Positions 29,528 through 34,193 of a stretch of 34,193 nucleotides of DNA are shown in pieces. The position numbers were made by a program, and so were the translations under genes. The stretch comes from Puniceicoccales bacterium (GTDB lineage Bacteria; Verrucomicrobiota; Verrucomicrobiia; Opitutales; LL51): the NCBI GenBank assembly GCA_031267435.1, contig JAIRZB010000021.1:1-34193 (forward strand), in the 5' to 3' direction. Within the stretch, counting starts at the first letter, position 1; each line of letters begins with the position of its first letter. The notes below the pieces were generated by a model that ran no database searches, was not told the origin of the DNA, and saw nothing but the letters and a program-made list of their open reading frames with translations.

Positions 29528-30673
29528 ATGAAGGAGCAGGCATTAGGGCGTTTATTAACTAGAATTAATCATCTCGACCACACAACGCTAGTATCATTGG
29601 TTCGCAAATTCTACCGTCAAAGAAATATCTTTGAAAAAGTTATCAATGTTATCCGGGATGGTATTGTAATGATCGATCAGGGTGGTCGGATATTGCTTGC
29701 AAATAATGTGGCGGAAGAGCTATTGAATGTGCGCAATTTACGGAACATGGTCCTATGGAAGTGTGCCCCTGAAATATTACAGCAAGTCGATTTGGGGCAA
29801 ATTCAAGAAAAGTCGATTGTGGGTGAGATCCATTTGAGTTACCCGACGGAGAGGGTATTACGATTTTATTCGGTGCCATTTATTGCGGAAAAGGAATCCC
29901 AAATCATTTGTATATTTTCCGACATTACGCAAGCTTTGGAGCAGAAAAAAAAGGAATTAGAAGAGGAACGAACCAATTCCATTCTACTGCTTTCGGCTGG
30001 TGTTGCCCATGAAATCGGGAATCCGCTCAATTCCATTAATTTGCAATTGGAGTTGATGCAAACTTTTATTCAGGATCAAAATTTCGAAGAAATTTCGGAG
30101 TCCGTATCGGTTTGCAGAAAAGAAGTGGAGCGTTTACATGGAATTATTAAGAATTTTTTGCAAGCAGTTCAGCCGGTTGCTCCGAATTTTTCCGATGCTC
30201 ATTTATTGGAGTTACTAAATTTTGTGATTAAATTTTTATCGCCGGAATTGGATAATGCCGGTGTTCGCATTCGCCTAACGATCGATGGAGATGTGCCCAT
30301 TGTTTTAGCCGATGGCGATCAAATAAAGCAGGTATTTTTTAATATCATAAAAAATGCGATGGAAGCGATGACGCGTAAAAAATGTTTATCGATTGGCGTA
30401 AGCAGTGACGACGATTTTGTTATTTTAAAATTTACGGATACGGGTACGGGAATTTCGACGGAACAATTGGGGAAAGTTTTTGAACCTTTTTGTACTTCTA
30501 AGAAGCATGGAACGGGACTTGGCATGTTTATTGTTCAACGGATTTTACGCAATCACCGTGCAACGATTGCCATCGAATCCAAAGCAAACATGGGAACCAC
30601 GATCACCATTAAATTCCCCCGTAAAGTTCATTTGCCGCGAATGTTGGATTCAAATAATAGCCATCATTTATAA
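29528..30673 (+). CDS. Soluble PAS-domain sensor histidine kinase (HisKA + HATPase_c), NtrB/AtoS-like, with no adjacent response regulator
   Basis: PAS-like IFEKVINVIRDGIVMIDQGGRILLANNVAEELL. H-box SAGVAHEIGNPLNSI. N-box FFNIIKNAMEAM. G1 DTGTGIS. F-box FEPFCTSK. G2 GTGLGMFIV. No hydrophobic transmembrane segment is evident. Confidence 0.88.
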   Translation: MKEQALGRLLTRINHLDHTTLVSLVRKFYRQRNIFEKVINVIRDGIVMIDQGGRILLANNVAEELLNVRNLRNMVLWKCAPEILQQVDLGQIQEKSIVGEIHLSYPTERVLRFYSVPFIAEKESQIICIFSDITQALEQKKKELEEERTNSILLLSAGVAHEIGNPLNSINLQLELMQTFIQDQNFEEISESVSVCRKEVERLHGIIKNFLQAVQPVAPNFSDAHLLELLNFVIKFLSPELDNAGVRIRLTIDGDVPIVLADGDQIKQVFFNIIKNAMEAMTRKKCLSIGVSSDDDFVILKFTDTGTGISTEQLGKVFEPFCTSKKHGTGLGMFIVQRILRNHRATIAIESKANMGTTITIKFPRKVHLPRMLDSNNSHHL

Positions 30674-30764
30674 ACAATGTAATTTTTTGTTTTATTCTTA
30701 GTATGGGTAATATTCTATTATTCTTGCTAAAAATGGAAGCTTGGGAATAATTAGGGAAGATTAG

Positions 30765-33266
30765 ATGGTATCTATTTGGAGAAATTTTTTATTGTGGAGC
30801 ATTTTTTGCATCTTCAGTCCTAGAGTATGCATTGGGGAAAGTGCATCAGAAAGCCGTATTTCAATTCCGAATAAGCCGGAGAGCTATAGGGAAAAACGAG
30901 AAAAAACAAGTGCGGAAATTACCTTCGAGGAGCCTGTTTTTACGCCATTGGAACAGACGAGTGCCATGCGTTTGGAAACGATTTGTATGATGAAATGCCT
31001 CGAAGATATTCACTATGCCCGCAAAAAACTCAAAAATCTCGACGCTAAGAAAATTATCGAGGAGTATGTCGAACACATTGATATTTACAAAATGCTTTTT
31101 TTGCAAAAAGAAATCGATGATTTTGGGAAACATCTTTCGCCTTCTTTGGGTGCCTTTTTAAATGGAGGGAGCTTGACTCCAGGGTTTTCAATTTACGATT
31201 GCTATCGTCAAAAAAATCGCGACTGTGTCCTGTGGGTTTTGCAACGTATCGACCAGGACGAGTTCGAGCTTTTTTCCGATGTCAGTTTTATCGTCGACCG
31301 CGAAAAAGAAAAGTTTCTACAAACTAAGGAAGAGCTTAAAAAGTTATGGGAAGTGCGCCTTAACTTCGAAATGGTTACCGAAATTATTTTGCAGGAGTCT
31401 TGGGAAAGAAAACAGGAGCAGGCTATCATTGATGATTCCCGGAAAAATAGAGAACGTTATTTAGGAAGCTTTCTATCTGGAACGGTAAAGCGTGACAATC
31501 TGCCGAAAGTCGTGAAACCTGATGATATGCCAAAACAGAAAAAATCGAAAATGGGTCGTCGGGAAGTTGTCTTTGGTATTGCAAACATTTTGAAGACAAA
31601 TCGAAGCGTTTGTGAACCGTTGTATATTTGGAGTAATGTGTATCGCCTTCATCTCGATGGAGGAAATGTAAAACTGCCACTGACCTTGCCTGAAAAAATA
31701 GAACTCGCAAAAAAAAATATAAAACAACGCTATAAAAGCCTATTGCGCAATATTTCCCAGCTAGAACCATGGGTTGTACAGGAACAGTTTATAAATAGCG
31801 TTTCGCGGACCTATGATCCCCATACTGTATTTATGTCCCATGAATCCATGGAAGATTTGCGGATGGCGCTCCACCATTCTTTTGTCGGGATCGGAGCCTA
31901 TTTGAGTGACGATAATGGCAGCTGCATCATCAGTGAACTGGTGCCAGGAGGCCCTGCTGCGCGCAGTGGGGACATTCAGGTTGGAGATCGTATCATCGCC
32001 GTCGCCCAAGACAATGAGGATTCTGTTGATGTTTCTGGTATGTTGCTCAATAAAATTTCTAAGCTATTGCGCGGGAAAAAGAATACAAAAGTTTCGGTAA
32101 CCATTCGGCCGGCCGGAGATGTCAGTGAGCAAAAAATGGTGACACTAGTCCGCGATGAAATCGAGCTTACAGAAAGTCGTGCCAGTTCGAAGTTTTTCTC
32201 CATAGAGGAAAATAATCGGGAGAGAAAAATTGGCGTCCTTACTTTACCGAGTTTTTATGGCGATAATGAAAAAGATATTGGAACTTCCAATAGTGCCACC
32301 GATATAATTGCCCTAATTCAGAAATTGAAAGCAAAAAATATTGATGGCTTAATTCTCGATTTACGGGACAACAATGGAGGAATTTTAGAGCAATCCGTGC
32401 TAGTTGCAGGACTATTCATTGATGGACCTACTGTACAAGTTCGTGGACAATGCGGAAATATCGACCGCTTCAATACAAAATCTAGTCAAATTTTTTGGGA
32501 TGGCCCGCTTATTGTGCTTATTTCACGTATGACTGCTTCCGCTGCAGAAATTTTAGTCGGTGCACTTAAGGATCACAATCGGGCCGTTATCGTAGGCGAT
32601 AAAAGTACGCATGGCAAGGGAACGGTCCAAGTTTTACTTCCCATGGAACAGCTTTTTTCCAAGTTTAAGTACAAAGAAAATTTAGGGGCATCGAAGGTAA
32701 CCATTCAAAAGTGGTATCGGCCCAGCGGCATTTCGACGCAAATTAAAGGCGTAGAAGCAGACATTGTTTTCCCATCCTTCGATGAGTTTTTACCCATCGG
32801 TGAATCGGATTTACCCCATGCGATCGAATGGGATACTATCGATCCCGTAAAGTTTTCTATTCAAGATAAAATTAGGGCTTCACAAATTCAGGAATTGAAG
32901 CATTTAAGCCAACAAAGGCAGGAGTCGTTACCCGAATTTCAACTTTTATCTGAGCGGATTGAAAGGCTTAAGGAAGCCATTGCTACTAAGAGTTTTTCCA
33001 CAAATTTAGCGATACGCCGTGCTGAGAAATTAAAAGATGAGCGCATTCAACGCAATATTACTGCTCAGAGCAATGCCTTGGCCAAAAACAATGATCCCGC
33101 TGTGGATGTGTTGCTCGATGTAGTTGAAAAGCGTAACGCTGAGAAAAAAATGGCATCGGGCAAGATCAAGGAAAAATCGAAGCCTTTCGATACCCATTTG
33201 AAGGAAAGTTTACGTATTATGATTGATCTTTTGAACAGTTATGAAAGTATTGCCACAAATTCTTAG
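30765..33266 (+). CDS. Tail-specific / C-terminal processing protease, peptidase family S41, with signal peptide and PDZ domain (833 aa)
   Basis: N-terminal hydrophobic signal MVSIWRNFLLWSIFCIFSPRVCIG. PDZ GIGAYLSDDNGSCIISELVPGGPAARSGDIQVGDRIIAV. S41 core LDLRDNNGG, catalytic-Ser context SRMTASAAEILVGALKD and Lys context THGKGTVQ. Confidence 0.9.
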   Translation: MVSIWRNFLLWSIFCIFSPRVCIGESASESRISIPNKPESYREKREKTSAEITFEEPVFTPLEQTSAMRLETICMMKCLEDIHYARKKLKNLDAKKIIEEYVEHIDIYKMLFLQKEIDDFGKHLSPSLGAFLNGGSLTPGFSIYDCYRQKNRDCVLWVLQRIDQDEFELFSDVSFIVDREKEKFLQTKEELKKLWEVRLNFEMVTEIILQESWERKQEQAIIDDSRKNRERYLGSFLSGTVKRDNLPKVVKPDDMPKQKKSKMGRREVVFGIANILKTNRSVCEPLYIWSNVYRLHLDGGNVKLPLTLPEKIELAKKNIKQRYKSLLRNISQLEPWVVQEQFINSVSRTYDPHTVFMSHESMEDLRMALHHSFVGIGAYLSDDNGSCIISELVPGGPAARSGDIQVGDRIIAVAQDNEDSVDVSGMLLNKISKLLRGKKNTKVSVTIRPAGDVSEQKMVTLVRDEIELTESRASSKFFSIEENNRERKIGVLTLPSFYGDNEKDIGTSNSATDIIALIQKLKAKNIDGLILDLRDNNGGILEQSVLVAGLFIDGPTVQVRGQCGNIDRFNTKSSQIFWDGPLIVLISRMTASAAEILVGALKDHNRAVIVGDKSTHGKGTVQVLLPMEQLFSKFKYKENLGASKVTIQKWYRPSGISTQIKGVEADIVFPSFDEFLPIGESDLPHAIEWDTIDPVKFSIQDKIRASQIQELKHLSQQRQESLPEFQLLSERIERLKEAIATKSFSTNLAIRRAEKLKDERIQRNITAQSNALAKNNDPAVDVLLDVVEKRNAEKKMASGKIKEKSKPFDTHLKESLRIMIDLLNSYESIATNS

Positions 33267-34143
33267 GGAAGTATATCCATTTAAAAGTCATTTTTTAGAT
33301 GTGGGGGGAGGTAACCGAATTCACTATGTCGATGAAGGCAAAGGTGATGCCATTGTCATGTTCCACGGAAATCCGACCTGGTCTTTTTACTACCGTAATT
33401 TAATTCGGGAGTTGCGATCAACATTTCGTTGTATTGGGATCGATAATATGGGTTGTGGACTTTCGGATAAGCCTCAAAAATACACTTATCGCCTTGCCGA
33501 TCACATTGCTAATGCGCAAAAAGTAATTGAGCATTTGAAGCTGGGGCATTTTCATTTTGCGATGCACGATTGGGGTTGTGCGATCGGCATGGCGCTTGCG
33601 GAACGTTGGCCGGAGCGTATCGAAAGTCTAATAATTATGAATGGAGCAGCATTTCATTCCTCTCGAATTCCATTTCGCATTGCCCTGTGTAAATTACCAC
33701 TTGTCGGTGATTTACTAATTCGCGGATTGAACACGTTTGTCCTGGGAGCGAATTTTATGGCAACGGCGAAGGGACTTGATTCGGTGACAGCAAAGGGCTA
33801 TAGATTTCCCTACGATTCGTGGAAAAATCGCATTGCCCTAAGAAAGTTTATAACCGATATTCCACTTAACACCAAGCATCCTTCCTGGGAAACGTTGACA
33901 AAAATTGAGGATGCGCTATTTTTATTAGGTCAGAAAAAGATTTTGGTTCTGTGGGGTAACCGTGATTTTTGTTTTACGGAATGGTTTTTAGAGGAATGGA
34001 AAAAATTTTTCTACGGAGCCCACGTGGTGCGTTATGAGGAAGCAGGGCATTATGTTTTAGAGGATATGAAAGATGAGGCTGTTGCAACCATTCGGAATTT
34101 TATGGTACGTGCGAAGAAGTCCGATGTGCTTCTGTATCCCTGA
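33241..34143 (+). CDS. Alpha/beta-fold hydrolase of the haloalkane dehalogenase (HLD) / OleB-like family
   Basis: HGNPTWSFYYRNL (oxyanion/halide Asn), nucleophile elbow MHDWGCAIG (Asp-Trp), C-terminal EAGHYVLED (His base). The 5' end overlaps the protease gene by 26 nt. Confidence 0.85.
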   Translation: MKVLPQILREVYPFKSHFLDVGGGNRIHYVDEGKGDAIVMFHGNPTWSFYYRNLIRELRSTFRCIGIDNMGCGLSDKPQKYTYRLADHIANAQKVIEHLKLGHFHFAMHDWGCAIGMALAERWPERIESLIIMNGAAFHSSRIPFRIALCKLPLVGDLLIRGLNTFVLGANFMATAKGLDSVTAKGYRFPYDSWKNRIALRKFITDIPLNTKHPSWETLTKIEDALFLLGQKKILVLWGNRDFCFTEWFLEEWKKFFYGAHVVRYEEAGHYVLEDMKDEAVATIRNFMVRAKKSDVLLYP

Positions 34144-34158
34144 CCTATGATCATTTGC

Positions 34159-34187
34159 CCAGGCCCGCGGCTACGCCGCGGGCCTGG
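34159..34187 (+). other. Perfect GC-rich stem-loop (13-bp stem, 3-nt loop), 15 nt after the hydrolase stop
   Basis: CCAGGCCCGCGGC (34159-34171), loop TAC, GCCGCGGGCCTGG (34175-34187). No T-tract in the 6 nt left before the window ends, so a terminator versus a REP-like element cannot be distinguished. Confidence 0.5.
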
Positions 34188-34193
34188 ATTCCT

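Noticed and set aside
30670-30696. AAACAA...TTGTTT inverted repeat after the histidine kinase stop, as a possible terminator.
   Set aside because: It is a 6-bp all-A/T stem with a 9-nt loop, far too weak to call.
30724-30752. Candidate promoter upstream of the protease gene: TTGCTA, 16-17 nt, AATAAT/ATAATT.
   Set aside because: The hexamers are plausible, but the start site would fall only a few nt before ATG 30765, making the transcript nearly leaderless. It is too speculative without transcript data.
1-34193. Scan for CRISPR repeats, IS/transposase or integrase genes, toxin-antitoxin pairs, restriction or defence genes, prophage remnants and long direct or inverted repeats.
   Set aside because: None was found. 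Every ORF longer than 100 aa on the coding strand is accounted for by a housekeeping assignment. The only repeats seen are the rpsE/rplO duplication, the micro-repeats at 2129-2164 and the terminal palindrome.

Overview
The window is almost entirely one co-directional (+ strand) housekeeping block. About 29.5 kb holds the fused rif / str / S10 / spc / alpha ribosomal-protein and transcription-translation clusters, followed by three non-ribosomal genes.

Gene order: tuf (5' truncated) - tRNA-Trp(CCA) - secE - nusG - rplK - rplA - rplJ - rplL - [attenuator hairpin] - rpoB - rpoC - rpsL - rpsG - fusA - rpsJ - rplC - rplD - rplW - rplB - rpsS - rplV - rpsC - rplP - rpmC - rpsQ - rplN - rplX - rplE - rpsN - rpsH - rplF - rplR - rpsE - [203-nt duplication relic] - rplO - secY - map - rpsM - rpsK - rpsD - rpoA - rplQ - [intrinsic terminator] - soluble PAS histidine kinase - S41 tail-specific protease - haloalkane-dehalogenase-type alpha/beta hydrolase - [GC-rich hairpin at the window edge].

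Most genes are separated by 0-20 nt or overlap (ATGA/GTGA), which indicates translational coupling. Genes often found in these clusters are absent here: rpmG, a second tuf after fusA, rpmD, adk, infA and rpmJ.

I found no CRISPR array, transposase/integrase, toxin-antitoxin pair, defence-like gene or other accessory system. I do not think the sequence supports a claim of a novel multi-gene system.

The best-supported unannotated structure is a decayed ~0.2 kb tandem duplication straddling the rpsE/rplO junction. It sits exactly where rpmD normally lies. It leaves a degenerate rplO 5' fragment plus a degenerate rpsE 3' fragment between two intact genes.

Secondary oddities:
- a ~38-aa hydrophobic C-terminal extension on SecY
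- a Cys-Cys-Cys replacement inside a normally invariant L15 motif
- short SD-led mini-ORFs in the few long intra-operon spacers
- micro-tandem repeats at the rplK stop
- a terminator whose T-tract abuts the start codon of an orphan histidine kinase

The taxon cannot be determined by eye. GC looks like roughly the mid-40s percent. The gene order and an AtoS/CtcB-like soluble kinase are compatible with, but do not prove, a PVC-type lineage.
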